64,000 bases of DNA from Sphingomonadales bacterium UBA6174 (GCA_002422945.1 DITW01000069.1:906-64905); one strand, 5' to 3'; counted from the first letter of the stretch, positions 10,824-21,409 are shown. Notes: generated from the letters alone by a model not told the origin. A program made the numbers and translations.

Positions 10824-11825
10824 TTGACCGCCCCCAGCCTTGATGTTGTTGCCATCGGCAACGCCATTGTCGATGTGATCGCACAGGCCGACGATCAGTT
10901 CCTCCACGATCAGGGCCTGGCCAAGGGCGCGATGCAATTACTGTTCACGCCGGAAGAGGCCGAAGGCCTCTACGCCAAAATGGCTCCGGGAATCGAAGCA
11001 AGCGGCGGTTCGGCGGCCAACACCATTGCGGGGATTGCGGCGCTTGGCGGCAAGACCGGCTTTATCGGGCAGGTGGCGAATGACCAGCTCGGCAATGTGT
11101 TTCGCCATGATATCGCAGCCTTGGGCGTGACGTTCACGACCCAGCCGCGTGAGGGCAATCCGCCGACCGCGCGTTGCCTGATTCTCGTGACGCCGGATGG
11201 CCAGCGGACGATGAACACGTTCCTCGGCGCATCGCAATTTCTCCCGGCCACCGCGCTGGATCGGGAGTTGATCGAATCTGCCGCGATTTTATATCTTGAG
11301 GGCTATCTCTGGGACCCGGAAGAACCACGCGCCGCGATGCGCGAGGCGATTGCCATTGTGAGGGCCGCTGGCCGCAAAGTGGCGTTCACCCTGTCCGACG
11401 GTTTCTGCGTCGACCGTCATCGCGGCAGTTTCCTCGACCTCATCCGTGGGGGCGAGATCGATATTTTGTTCGCCAATGAAACCGAGATCAAATCGCTGCA
11501 TGAGACCGATGATTTCGAAGCGGCGGTCGAGGCCACCGCGTTGCATGTGCCGGTGACGGTGGTCACGCGTTCGGAAAATGGCGCGATTGCAATGGTCGGC
11601 GAGCAGATCTATTCGGTTAACGCCGAACCTATCGCGCAATTGGTCGATACGACCGGGGCAGGGGATTTGTTCGCCGCCGGTTTCCTTGCCGGACAGGTGC
11701 AGGGCCGCAGTGTCGAACAGTCGCTGGCGATGGGCGCGATCTGCGCGGCAGAGGTGATTTCCCATTATGGCGCACGGCCAGAAGCCGACATCGCGGCATT
11801 GGTGGCGGCGAAGCTGGGCAGCTAA
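10824..11825 (+). CDS. PfkB-family kinase (adenosine kinase-like)
   Basis: GNAIVD, SGGSAANT, DTTGAGDLFAAGF. Confidence 0.9.
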   Translation: MTAPSLDVVAIGNAIVDVIAQADDQFLHDQGLAKGAMQLLFTPEEAEGLYAKMAPGIEASGGSAANTIAGIAALGGKTGFIGQVANDQLGNVFRHDIAALGVTFTTQPREGNPPTARCLILVTPDGQRTMNTFLGASQFLPATALDRELIESAAILYLEGYLWDPEEPRAAMREAIAIVRAAGRKVAFTLSDGFCVDRHRGSFLDLIRGGEIDILFANETEIKSLHETDDFEAAVEATALHVPVTVVTRSENGAIAMVGEQIYSVNAEPIAQLVDTTGAGDLFAAGFLAGQVQGRSVEQSLAMGAICAAEVISHYGARPEADIAALVAAKLGS

Positions 11826-11848
11826 GACCGCCAGCCACATTCACATGA

Positions 11849-12064
11849 TCAGCGACGGCCGTGGCTGTCCGTATTGGGGGTTAATCCCAGTTCGGCCAGC
11901 GGCTCCGTCGCTTCGGCGTGATTGGCCGTTTCAGCCTTATTGGCGGCGGCGCCGTTGCCATTACGCGTATCTTCGCCGAACATCGAAAATATCGCTGCGC
12001 CCAGCAGCACAACCAGAAATACGCTGGCCAGACCGGTAAGCCCGATCCGAATGCGACCCATCAT
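11849..12064 (-). CDS. small single-TM hypothetical protein
   Basis: RIRIGLTGLASVFLVVLLGAAIF TM segment, EPLAELG; GGAGA RBS. Confidence 0.6.
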   Translation of the reverse strand: MMGRIRIGLTGLASVFLVVLLGAAIFSMFGEDTRNGNGAAANKAETANHAEATEPLAELGLTPNTDSHGRR

Positions 12065-12182
12065 TTGGTTTCTCCGCACGTATTGAGATGGCTAATCGCC
12101 CGCATATATGGGCGACTGCGCACATAAGCGCAAGCGGCGGCGGCCTGCATCGCTGTTAAACGGCGCATGGCGTTGGGCCCGC

Positions 12183-13166
12183 TTACATCCAGGGTGCAGG
12201 TTCCAGTCCCTTTTCCTTCAACCACAACGGGTTGTAGAGGGTGGAAAGATAGCGGAAGCCGCTGTCGCACAAGATGGTGACGATGGTATGGCCCGGTCCC
12301 ATTTCCCGCGCCAGCGCCATCGCGCCTGCCACGTTGATGCCGGAGGACAGGCCAAGCGCCAGTCCTTCCTTGGCCAAGAGCGCATGGACTTGCGCCAGCC
12401 CTTCGGCATCCGAAATGCGGAATTGGGTGTCGATCGGCGCATTTTCGAGATTGGCGGTGATCCGGCCCTGGCCGATCCCTTCCGCGACCGAGCTGCCCTC
12501 GGCCTTTAATTCGCCATGGGCATAATAATGATAGAGTGCCGCGCCATCGGGATCGGTGAGCGCGATGCGGATATTTTCGTTGAATTCCTTCAGGCCAAGG
12601 CCCACGCCCGCCAGCGTTCCCCCGGTGCCGACTGCACAGGTGAAGCCGTGGATCTCGCCTGCGGTTTGTTCCCAGATTTCGCGCGCGGTGGTTTGCACAT
12701 GGGCGCGGCGATTGGCGATATTATCGAACTGATTGGCCCAAAGTGCGCCCGGTGTTTCCTCGGCAATGCGGCGCGAGGTGTGGACGAAATGGCCGGGATT
12801 GGAATAGGGTGCGGCAGGGACGAGCACCAATTCCGCGCCCAAGGCCCGCAACGTGTCCATTTTCTCCCGGCTTTGCGTTTCCGGCATGACGATGGTGGTT
12901 TTATAGCCCTTGGCATTGCCGACGAGCGCAAGGCCGATGCCAGTATTGCCTGCCGTCCCCTCGACGATCATCCCGCCCGGTTCCAGCAGGCCGCGCGCTT
13001 CGGCATCTTCGACGATGAAAAGCGCGGCGCGATCTTTCACCGATCCGCCGGGATTCATGAATTCGCATTTGCCGAGAATCGTGCAGCCAGTGGCTTCACT
13101 CGGGCCTTTGAGCTTCACAAGGGGCGTGTTGCCGATGAGGGCAAGGGTATCGGATGCGATGGTCAT
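12183..13166 (-). CDS. cysK: cysteine synthase (PLP)
   Basis: IGNTPLV, KCEFMNPGGSVKDR, TAGNTGIGLA, GTGGT. Confidence 0.92.
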   Translation of the reverse strand: MTIASDTLALIGNTPLVKLKGPSEATGCTILGKCEFMNPGGSVKDRAALFIVEDAEARGLLEPGGMIVEGTAGNTGIGLALVGNAKGYKTTIVMPETQSREKMDTLRALGAELVLVPAAPYSNPGHFVHTSRRIAEETPGALWANQFDNIANRRAHVQTTAREIWEQTAGEIHGFTCAVGTGGTLAGVGLGLKEFNENIRIALTDPDGAALYHYYAHGELKAEGSSVAEGIGQGRITANLENAPIDTQFRISDAEGLAQVHALLAKEGLALGLSSGINVAGAMALAREMGPGHTIVTILCDSGFRYLSTLYNPLWLKEKGLEPAPWM

Positions 13167-13209
13167 GGCTCGTCAATAGCCTTGGCAAGCCATCCGGAGC
13201 AAGTAAGAT

Positions 13210-13248
13210 CAGTGGTTCAGACTTGACGCCAGAGGTTCAGACTTGACG
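13210..13248. repeat. 19-bp direct repeat, 20-bp period, in the cysK/DUF3297 divergent intergenic region
   Basis: CAGTGGTTCAGACTTGACG (13210-13228) and CAGAGGTTCAGACTTGACG (13230-13248). Confidence 0.85.
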
Positions 13249-13278
13249 AAAGTGCGCAAATTGCCCATGCGCCAGATC

Positions 13279-13548
13279 ATGACTGATAGCACATCCGATG
13301 TTTTGCCTGACCGTCTCTCGGTCGACCCGCGCAGCCCGTTCTTCAATGCCGAGGTGCTTCGCCGCGGTATCGGGGTTCGTTTCAAGGGCGCGCAGCGCAC
13401 CGATGTCGAGGAATATTGCCAGTCGGAAGGCTGGATTCGCGTGGCGCTTGGCCGCAAAATGGGTCGTGACGGTCGTCCGTTGACAATCAAGCTGACGGGC
13501 GCGGTCGAAGTCTGGTATGAAAATCCAGCAGAAGACGCGGGCGAATAA
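13279..13548 (+). CDS. DUF3297-family protein
   Basis: [13 protein letters not shown]...[14 protein letters not shown]...[11 protein letters not shown]. Confidence 0.8.
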   Translation: MTDSTSDVLPDRLSVDPRSPFFNAEVLRRGIGVRFKGAQRTDVEEYCQSEGWIRVALGRKMGRDGRPLTIKLTGAVEVWYENPAEDAGE

Positions 13549-13621
13549 GCCGCGTCGATGAATGCATAAAATGGGCGTTGCATCTGGCTTTACGGCCAGC
13601 TAAAGCACCGCCCATAGATGT

Positions 13622-13697
<76 letters not shown>

Positions 13698-13803
13698 TTT
13701 TATCTTACCACTCCATATTCATGTTCGCCTCTGTGTATCACGCACGGAGGACTATTCCCGATGCGGGGATATTGGCGTCAATTACGCTTATCTTGATTTT
13801 TAA

Positions 13804-13817
13804 TTGAAGCGCTTCAA
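13804..13817. promoter_or_regulatory. LacI-family operator candidate 1
   Basis: perfect palindrome TTGAAGCGCTTCAA with central CG, upstream of the SDR pair. Confidence 0.75.
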
Positions 13818-13952
13818 ATTTATTCCTATAAGCTGATGGTCACGCCAAAAGTGGCGATCTTGCGCATCAACTGTCCCGGTTAAAAGGGCTGATCCTGCTC
13901 AGGTGAATCAACACTATTTCAATAAGAAAACAACATGGAGAGGGGCATTTCG

Positions 13953-14738
13953 ATGGCAGGATATCTACAGGCTGGTGCGCGATTTGCAGGCAATGTCGCG
14001 CTGGTTACCGGGGGCTTGAACGGCATCGGTCGCGCGGTGGTGGAGCGCTTGGCCGCGGAAGGCTGCCAAGTTGTTGTCGCCGACATCATGGATCAGGCGG
14101 CGGGCGAGGCGTCATTGGCTGAGATCGGGGATAAGGCGGTCTATTTGCGCCTCAATGTCTGTGTGGAGGCCGAATGGGAGGCGGCGGCTGCGATGATTGC
14201 CGCGCGTTTTGAGCGGCTCGATATTCTCGTGGCCAATGCGGGCGTGGGCGGTGTGTCGCCGGTCCGCGATATAAAGTTTGAAAGCTGGCGCCATACGATG
14301 TCGGTCAATCTTGATGGTGTGTTTTTGTCGACCAAGCATTGTCTGGATTTGCTGGCGGCTTCGGGCGCATCGCGGCGCGGGGGTTCGAGCATCATCAACA
14401 TGTCGTCGAGCATGGGGCTGAACGGTCTTGCCAATGCCAGCGCCTATTCCGCGAGCAAGGGCGGCGTGCGGCTCTTTTCCAAGTCCACCGCCGTCGAATT
14501 CGCACAGATGAAATTGCCGGTGCGGGTCAATTCGATCCATCCGGGCTTTGTGCGCACGCCCTTGTTGGTCGCCAATGCAAGCGCCGAAGATGTCGCCTTT
14601 TACGAACGCGAAACCCCGGTCGGGCGTTTGGCCGAAGTGGATGAAATCGCGGCGGCCATCGCCTTTCTGGCGTCCGAAGACGCTAGCTATATGACGGGGT
14701 CGGAACTGGTCGTCGATGGGGGCTATAACGCCCATTGA
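13953..14738 (+). CDS. short-chain dehydrogenase/reductase
   Basis: TGGLNGIG, ANAG, YSASK, VNSIHPG. Confidence 0.93.
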   Translation: MAGYLQAGARFAGNVALVTGGLNGIGRAVVERLAAEGCQVVVADIMDQAAGEASLAEIGDKAVYLRLNVCVEAEWEAAAAMIAARFERLDILVANAGVGGVSPVRDIKFESWRHTMSVNLDGVFLSTKHCLDLLAASGASRRGGSSIINMSSSMGLNGLANASAYSASKGGVRLFSKSTAVEFAQMKLPVRVNSIHPGFVRTPLLVANASAEDVAFYERETPVGRLAEVDEIAAAIAFLASEDASYMTGSELVVDGGYNAH

Positions 14739-14757
14739 GTTGCAGAATTATAGGAGC

Positions 14758-15543
14758 ATGACATTGGAAATGGATCTGAAAAATAGCGTCGCGCTGATCA
14801 CGGGTGCGACCGGCAATATCGGCCGGGCAATTTGCGAAGCGCTGGGCCGTGAAGGGGTGACGGTCATCGCGACCGACATCATGCCCGCGCCTGCGACGCC
14901 GGTGGGTAGTGAATATCGCCAGCTTGATGTCACCAGCGAAGCCGCGTGGCAGGACCTGATCGCCGCCGTGCGTGCCGATCATGGGCGGCTCGATATTCTC
15001 ATCAACAATGCCGGGATTGCGCCGATGGATCGGTTGCAGGATATGTCGCTCGCCGATTGGCGGCGGTGCCAGACTATCAATGTCGATGGCATTTTTCTCG
15101 GCCTCAAGCACGCGATCGATCTGATGTGCGAGACCGGCCCGAAACGGCGGGGCGGGGCGTCGATCATCAACATCGCTTCCGGTGCGGCGGATAAGCCTGC
15201 GGCATTCAGCAGCGCCTATTGCACCAGCAAGGCCGCGGTGCGCATGCTGACACGCACCGCTGCCGTGGAATTTGGGAAATTGGGTTATCCGGTGCGCGTG
15301 AATTCGGTGCATCCGGGGGTCGTCCGGTCCCAGATGTTCGATGCCATTGTCGAGCGTTATTCCGAGATCACGGGCGGTACGCCGGTCGATGAACTTCATG
15401 CGGCGATCAGGGCCGGTCATCCGCTGGGCCGTTATGTCGAGCCGGATGAAGTTGCGGATGTCGTGGTGTTCCTCGCCTCCGGTGCCGCGCGCTATGTTCA
15501 TGGCGATGCGCTGCACATCGATGGCGGCTATGCGGCGGGCTGA
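14758..15543 (+). CDS. short-chain dehydrogenase/reductase
   Basis: TGATGNIG, NNAG, YCTSK; AGGAG RBS. Confidence 0.92.
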   Translation: MTLEMDLKNSVALITGATGNIGRAICEALGREGVTVIATDIMPAPATPVGSEYRQLDVTSEAAWQDLIAAVRADHGRLDILINNAGIAPMDRLQDMSLADWRRCQTINVDGIFLGLKHAIDLMCETGPKRRGGASIINIASGAADKPAAFSSAYCTSKAAVRMLTRTAAVEFGKLGYPVRVNSVHPGVVRSQMFDAIVERYSEITGGTPVDELHAAIRAGHPLGRYVEPDEVADVVVFLASGAARYVHGDALHIDGGYAAG

Positions 15544-15555
15544 ACCGTCCTGTTC

Positions 15556-15584
15556 CTCCCCGACATGCGATCCATGTCGGGGAG
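15556..15584. terminator. hairpin between convergent genes
   Basis: CTCCCCGACATG-CGATC-CATGTCGGGGAG, perfect 12-bp stem. Confidence 0.75.
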
Positions 15585-15591
15585 AGAAACA

Positions 15592-16026
15592 TTACGCGAT
15601 AACGAGGTCGGCCATCGCCTGTTTGTGAATGGCATCAAGCGGCATCGGGCGGCGCGTGATCGGATCGACATAGACATGGACGAAATGGCCCACCGCCGCC
15701 GGTGCATCGCTGTTGAGCGGGAAAAGGGCCACTTCAAAGCGAATGCTGCTGTTGCCCATGCGCCCGATGCGGACGCCCGCATCGACCGTTTCCGGAAATT
15801 CAATCGGGGCGAGAAAGTCGCAGCCGCTCGATACGCATAGGCCGATGGAATTGGATTGGGGTGAACGCAATACGCCGCGTTCGATCAGCATGGTCGTCAC
15901 TGCCGTATCGAACCAATTATAATAAATGGCGTTGTTGACATGACCATAAGCGTCGCAATCCGCCCACCGGCTGGAGATCTGCATCCACCAGCGATATTGG
16001 TCACGGCGTTGGTCGGCTGGGGTCAT
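15592..16026 (-). CDS. acyl-CoA thioesterase (4HBT/hotdog fold)
   Basis: RWADCDAYGHVNNAIY motif. Confidence 0.9.
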   Translation of the reverse strand: MTPADQRRDQYRWWMQISSRWADCDAYGHVNNAIYYNWFDTAVTTMLIERGVLRSPQSNSIGLCVSSGCDFLAPIEFPETVDAGVRIGRMGNSSIRFEVALFPLNSDAPAAVGHFVHVYVDPITRRPMPLDAIHKQAMADLVIA

Positions 16027-16095
16027 GTTTTGCTGTCCTTAAAACTGTTGATAGGCTCTTGCATCGAATCTGTGGCTAAGGCTATAGCGTAAAAA

Positions 16096-16107
16096 TGAAG
16101 CGCTTCA
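16096..16107. promoter_or_regulatory. LacI-family operator candidate 2
   Basis: TGAAGCGCTTCA, same core as 13805-13816. Confidence 0.75.
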
Positions 16108-16120
16108 AATATCTCTTGTC

Positions 16121-17224
16121 ATGACCGGGAAAACGGATGCCATTGTGGTTGGTGCCGGGGTGGTCGGTATCGCTGTCGCCCGCGCCCTTGCGCTGAAAGG
16201 TCATGAGGTGCTGCTGCTCGAATCGACACGTGAATTCGGGTCCGGGACCAGCAGCCGCAACAGCGAGGTGATCCACGCGGGGCTATATTATCCACAAGGC
16301 TCGCTCAAGGCCTCGACCTGTGTCGCGGGGCGCAAGCTGCTCTATGATTTTTGCGCAGCGCGCGGCGTGCCGCATCGCAAACTTGGCAAGCTGATCTTTG
16401 CGGCGGATGCCAGCCAGATCGGGGCGCTGGATAAGATCGCCGCCGCTGCCAAGGCCGCAGGGGTGGACGATATGGTCCGCCTATCCGCAGCGCAAGCACG
16501 CGCGATGGAGCCGGAGCTTCAAGCCTATGAGGCATTGTTTTCGCCCTCGACCGGGATCATCGATTCCCATGCCTTCATGCTGGCGATGCTGGGCGAGGCC
16601 GAGGCGCATGGGGCCACGCTGGTGTGCGGGGCCGAGGTGCAGCGGGTGACGCGCAATGGGGGGCTGTGGCAGGTGCATGTTACAGGCGAGGCCGATCCTG
16701 TCGTCGCGGCGCCGATCCTCATCAATGCGGCAGGGCTAGGCGCGCAGAAACTGGCCGGGATGATCGAGGAGATGCCGGCTGCACATGTGCCGCCGCTCTA
16801 TTTGGCGCGGGGGGTGTATTTTACCTATTCGGGCAAGACGCCCTTTTCGCATCTGATCTATCCCGTGCCGGAACCGGGCGGGCTTGGCACGCATCTGACC
16901 TTGGATATGGCCGGGCAGGCGCGGTTCGGTCCGGATGTCGAATGGATCGACGAGATTGATTATCGGGTGGACCCTGATCGGCTAGATGCTTTCGCCACTG
17001 CCGCGCGTCGGATCTGGCCGGGGCTGGACCCAGCGCGGCTTGCGCCCGGCTATGCGGGGATCAGGCCCAAGATTACCGGACCCAAAGAGGAGGCGGGTGA
17101 TTTCATCCTGTCCGGCCCGGCTCTCCACGGGTGCGAGGGGCTGGTCCATTTATTCGGCATTGAATCGCCCGGATTGACGGCCTCGCTCGCGCTGGCTGAC
17201 CTTGTTGTGAAAGAGCTTCCATGA
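16121..17224 (+). CDS. FAD-dependent oxidoreductase, L-2-hydroxyglutarate oxidase-like
   Basis: GAGVVG, TSSRNSEVIHAG, GIESPGLT. Confidence 0.88.
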   Translation: MTGKTDAIVVGAGVVGIAVARALALKGHEVLLLESTREFGSGTSSRNSEVIHAGLYYPQGSLKASTCVAGRKLLYDFCAARGVPHRKLGKLIFAADASQIGALDKIAAAAKAAGVDDMVRLSAAQARAMEPELQAYEALFSPSTGIIDSHAFMLAMLGEAEAHGATLVCGAEVQRVTRNGGLWQVHVTGEADPVVAAPILINAAGLGAQKLAGMIEEMPAAHVPPLYLARGVYFTYSGKTPFSHLIYPVPEPGGLGTHLTLDMAGQARFGPDVEWIDEIDYRVDPDRLDAFATAARRIWPGLDPARLAPGYAGIRPKITGPKEEAGDFILSGPALHGCEGLVHLFGIESPGLTASLALADLVVKELP

Positions 17225-18840
17225 TCGACCGGGGCCATTTCGACTATGTGATTATCGGGGCCGGGTCGGCCGGATGCGTGCTGGCCAATCGCTTGAGCGC
17301 GGACCCGCGAGTGTCAATTTTGTTGCTGGAGGCCGGGCCTGTAGACCGCAATCCGTGGATTCATGTGCCATTGGGCTATGGGCGGTTGTTCAATCATCCG
17401 GTGCTGAATTGGGGTTATAAAACCCAACCGGAACCGCATCTCGCACATCGCCAGATTTCCCAGCCGCGCGGCAAGGTATTGGGCGGCAGTTCGTCGATCA
17501 ACGGGCTGGTCTATATTCGGGGGCAGCGCGAGGATTTCGACGATTGGGCCAATGAAGGCGCAAACGGCTGGTCTTATGCCGAGATGCTGCCCTATTTCAA
17601 ACGCTCGGAACGTCAGGCGCGTGGGGCGGATGATTGGCATGGGGTCGATGGCCCGCTGTCGGTGTCGGACCAATCGGAGCCGCATCTGTTGTGCGATGCC
17701 TATATCGCGGCGGCGGTGGAGGCGGGGCATCCGGCCAACCCCGATTTCAATGGCGCGGATCAGGAAGGCGCGGGCTATTTCCAGACGACCTCGCATCGCG
17801 GCAGGCGGTGCAGCGCGGCGGTAGCCTATCTGCGCCCGGCCCGGCATCGGCCCAATCTGACGATTGTCACCAATGCCCATGCGCGCCGCATCCTGTTTGA
17901 CGGGGCGCGGGCCATTGGCGTGGAATGGACATCGGGCGGGCAGTTGTTTTGCGCTTATGGTGGACGCGAGACGATCCTGTCGGCGGGCGCGATTAATACG
18001 CCGCAATTGCTGGAACTGTCCGGGATCGGCGATGGCCAGCGCTTGCAGTCCTTGGGTGTTGAGGTGGTTTACGACAATCCAGCGGTGGGCGAGAATTTGC
18101 AGGACCATATGCAGGTCCGCTGCGTATTTGAAACCAATCAAAAAGTGACGCTGAACGATGATATGGGGTCGCTGGCCCGCAAGATCCGGATGGTTGCGCG
18201 TTATGTGTTGCAGCGCAAGGGGCCGTTGACGGTATCGGCGGGCTATGCGGGCGGATTTTTCCGCACAACGGCTGCCAAGGATATGCGCCCGGATATGGAG
18301 GTGCATTTCATCACGTTCAGCACGAACAAAATGGGCGACAGCCTCGATCCTTTTTCGGCGTTTACAGCGTCTTCCTGCCAATTGCGCCCGACCAGTCGCG
18401 GCCATGTCCATGCCGTGTCGCCAGACCCGATGGTGCCCCCCGATATTCTGGCGAACTATCTCGCGACCGAGGAAGACCGCGCGACCAATATTGCCGGTCT
18501 TCGGCTTATCCGCAATATCATGGCGCAGCCTGCGATGGCCCGATATATCACGAATGAAAGGATGCCGGGGCCGGATTTGACCAGCGATGATGCGTTGCTG
18601 GCCTATATCCGCCAGAACGCCGCGTCGCTTTATCATCCGACCTGCACCGCAGCGATTGGTCAGGTGGTCGATCCGCAGTTGCGCGTGATTGGGGTCGATG
18701 GCTTACGAGTGGTCGATGCGTCGGTGATGCCATCGGTGGTATCCGGTAATTGCAATGCGGCGATCATCGCCATCGCCGAACGGGCCGCTGATTTGATCCT
18801 CGGTGGCCCTATGTTGGAAAAGGAAATGGCCAATGGCTGA
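17221..18840 (+). CDS. GMC oxidoreductase (choline/alcohol dehydrogenase-like)
   Basis: GAGSAGCVLANRLS, RGKVLGGSSSING, VGENLQDH, LRVVDASVMP. Confidence 0.93.
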   Translation: MIDRGHFDYVIIGAGSAGCVLANRLSADPRVSILLLEAGPVDRNPWIHVPLGYGRLFNHPVLNWGYKTQPEPHLAHRQISQPRGKVLGGSSSINGLVYIRGQREDFDDWANEGANGWSYAEMLPYFKRSERQARGADDWHGVDGPLSVSDQSEPHLLCDAYIAAAVEAGHPANPDFNGADQEGAGYFQTTSHRGRRCSAAVAYLRPARHRPNLTIVTNAHARRILFDGARAIGVEWTSGGQLFCAYGGRETILSAGAINTPQLLELSGIGDGQRLQSLGVEVVYDNPAVGENLQDHMQVRCVFETNQKVTLNDDMGSLARKIRMVARYVLQRKGPLTVSAGYAGGFFRTTAAKDMRPDMEVHFITFSTNKMGDSLDPFSAFTASSCQLRPTSRGHVHAVSPDPMVPPDILANYLATEEDRATNIAGLRLIRNIMAQPAMARYITNERMPGPDLTSDDALLAYIRQNAASLYHPTCTAAIGQVVDPQLRVIGVDGLRVVDASVMPSVVSGNCNAAIIAIAERAADLILGGPMLEKEMANG

Positions 18841-20272
18841 ACAATATACGCGCCTTGAGATGGTCATTGATGGCCGCTTTATCATGGCCGGAGCCAATCG
18901 TATTTCAGAGCCGGTGATGAACCCGGCAACGGGCGCGGTGCTGGGTGAATTACCGCATGCGACCGCGCAGGAATTGATCGAGGCGGCGGATGCGGCTGTG
19001 GCGGCATTCCCGGCGTGGCGGGCGACATCGCCTTATGATCGCGCGATCATCCTGCGCAAGACGGCAACGATCCTGCGGGAACGCGCGGATCATATCGCGC
19101 AGGTCCTGACGCTTGAACAAGGCAAGACATTAAGTGAGGCGCAGGCGGAACTGGCGCATGCCATCGACTTGTTTGACTGGTTCGCGGAAGAGGGACGACG
19201 CGCTTATGGCCGGATCATTCCGGGTCGTTCGCTCCAGATCCAACAGGCGGCGATGTTGCGCCCGGTTGGCCCTGCGGCGGTGTTTACGCCTTGGAATTTC
19301 CCGGCGCTGACCCCCGCGCGCAAGCTGGCGGCCGGTTTGGCGGCGGGTTGCACCTTGGTGTTGAAGGCCTCCGAGGAAACGCCGGGAACTGCCGTGGAAA
19401 TCGTGCGCGCGCTGCATGATGCGGGCCTGCCAAAGGGCTGCGCCAATCTGGTCTTTGGCGTACCGTCCGATGTGTCCGAGAGCCTGCTCTCCCATCCCGG
19501 TATTCGCAAGATCTCGTTCACCGGATCGACCCCGGTCGGCAAGCATTTGATGAAGCTCGCGGCAGAGAGCGTTAAGCGCACGACGATGGAGTTGGGCGGC
19601 AATGCGCCGGTCATCGTCTTTGCCGATGCCGATTATGATCTGGCGCTGTCGTCGTTGGTCGCGGGCAAATTCCGCAACGCCGGTCAGGTCTGCATCTCGC
19701 CCTCGCGCTTCTTTGTCCATGAAAGCCTGTATGATCGGTTCGTGCAGGATTTTGCCGACCGGGCAGGGGCGCTCGCGCTTGGCAATGGGCTGGATCGCCA
19801 AGTGCAGATGGGTCCGCTCGCGAATGATCGGCGGCTGGAGGCGATGGAGCGCATTGTCGCGGATGCCGCCGCCGGTGGCGCGAAAATCCTTGCCGGTGGG
19901 GGACGGGTCGCCGGACAGGGTTCGTTTTTCGCGCCAACGGTGATGACGGATGTGTCATCACAGGCCGCGTTGATGTGCGATGAAACTTTCGGGCCAATCG
20001 TCCCGGTGACGCCATTTGCGGACAATGCAGAGGTGTTTGCGCGCGCGAATGCAGTCGATGCGGGCTTGGCGGGCTATGTCTTTACCCAGTCGATTGCCAA
20101 TGCACGGGCGGCGTCCGAGGCGGTGGAGGTCGGCATGTTGGGGATCAACACTTTGGCGGTCTCGACCCCTGAAACGCCCTTTGGCGGGGTGAAGCAGAGC
20201 GGCCATGGCGCGGAAGGCGGGATCGAAGGCTTACACGCGTTCATGGAAACGCGGCTGATCGTGCAGGCCTGA
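18833..20272 (+). CDS. NAD(P)-dependent aldehyde dehydrogenase (succinate-semialdehyde DH-like)
   Basis: PWNFP, FTGST, MELGGNAP, FRNAGQVC, ETFGP. Confidence 0.92.
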   Translation: MAEQYTRLEMVIDGRFIMAGANRISEPVMNPATGAVLGELPHATAQELIEAADAAVAAFPAWRATSPYDRAIILRKTATILRERADHIAQVLTLEQGKTLSEAQAELAHAIDLFDWFAEEGRRAYGRIIPGRSLQIQQAAMLRPVGPAAVFTPWNFPALTPARKLAAGLAAGCTLVLKASEETPGTAVEIVRALHDAGLPKGCANLVFGVPSDVSESLLSHPGIRKISFTGSTPVGKHLMKLAAESVKRTTMELGGNAPVIVFADADYDLALSSLVAGKFRNAGQVCISPSRFFVHESLYDRFVQDFADRAGALALGNGLDRQVQMGPLANDRRLEAMERIVADAAAGGAKILAGGGRVAGQGSFFAPTVMTDVSSQAALMCDETFGPIVPVTPFADNAEVFARANAVDAGLAGYVFTQSIANARAASEAVEVGMLGINTLAVSTPETPFGGVKQSGHGAEGGIEGLHAFMETRLIVQA

Positions 20273-20273
20273 T

Positions 20274-21311
20274 TTATCGGGGCGCTGGCCCGGTACTCGC
20301 CCGCACTATTAACTCAACTGGCAACTCAACCGGTAGCGATTGATGTGCAGGCGTCGGTTCGCCCTGCAGGGTCGCGAGCAGGCTTGCGGCAGCGACCCGT
20401 GCCATTTCCACCACCGGGGTGCGGACGGTCGTTAACGCGGGCGTCAGCATCGCGGAGATGTCGATATCGTCAAAGCCGGTGACGGACAGTTGCGCCGGAA
20501 TAGCGACACCGGCAAGGGCGGCGGCATGGAGCACGCCCGCCGCGATGGTGTCGGTGGCACAGACCAATGCGGTCGCGCCATCGCTGGCCTGTTGCCAGCG
20601 GGCGAAACCTTCTTGGCCGCCCGCGATATGCAAAGGCACGTGATGGACGGAGGTAACGGTTATGTCGTGCCGTGCGGCGGCCTCGCGCAGGCTGGCAATG
20701 CGGGCGGCGGCGCGTTCATTGCTGTCGGGCGCGCCGCTCAGCATCGCGATGCGGCGATGGCCGAGTGTGGCGAGATGTTCGACGATCATCGTCATCGCGT
20801 CGAGATTGGAAAATCCGATGTCCGTTGCCCGCGGTTGCGCTTGCACCGACCATGTGACGACCGTCGGGATGCCCGCGCGCTTCAAGATATTCTGGGCCTC
20901 GGCCTCCTGATCGGACCCGATCAGGACGATGCCATCGGCCCGCCTGCGCACCAGCCGTTCAATATATTTGGTTTCCGCCGCGCGGTCATATTCATGGGCG
21001 AGCACGAACAATGTATAGCCCTTGGCAGCCAGTTCCTTTTGCAGGTGATGGACAAAGGTCGCGAAAATCGGGTTGTTGATCGTTGGCAGCACCACCCCGA
21101 TTGACAAGGTGCGGCGGCTCGCGAGCGCGCGACCGCTTTCATCCGGGATATATTGCAGCGCCTCTGCCGCTGCCTTGACGGCCTGAAGCGTCTTGGGTTT
21201 GACGGCATCGGGATGGGACATGGCGCGCGAGGCACTACCCAGCGAAACCCCGGCCAGTTTCGCCACATCGGCAAGGCGCGGTCGCGAATGTCCATTCGGC
21301 TTTATTGGCAT
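20274..21311 (-). CDS. LacI-family transcriptional regulator
   Basis: LADVAKLAGVSLGSASRA HTH; VTGFDD, PALTTV. Confidence 0.93.
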   Translation of the reverse strand: MPIKPNGHSRPRLADVAKLAGVSLGSASRAMSHPDAVKPKTLQAVKAAAEALQYIPDESGRALASRRTLSIGVVLPTINNPIFATFVHHLQKELAAKGYTLFVLAHEYDRAAETKYIERLVRRRADGIVLIGSDQEAEAQNILKRAGIPTVVTWSVQAQPRATDIGFSNLDAMTMIVEHLATLGHRRIAMLSGAPDSNERAAARIASLREAAARHDITVTSVHHVPLHIAGGQEGFARWQQASDGATALVCATDTIAAGVLHAAALAGVAIPAQLSVTGFDDIDISAMLTPALTTVRTPVVEMARVAAASLLATLQGEPTPAHQSLPVELPVELIVRASTGPAPR

Positions 21312-21409
21312 AGAAGCGTTCTAGCAGAGTCGAGATATGGTGATAGTGCAATATTGTTGTGATTTGCGCGTAGATGTGTTGTGGTCCTTATCAAGATAAG
21401 GATCGCATC

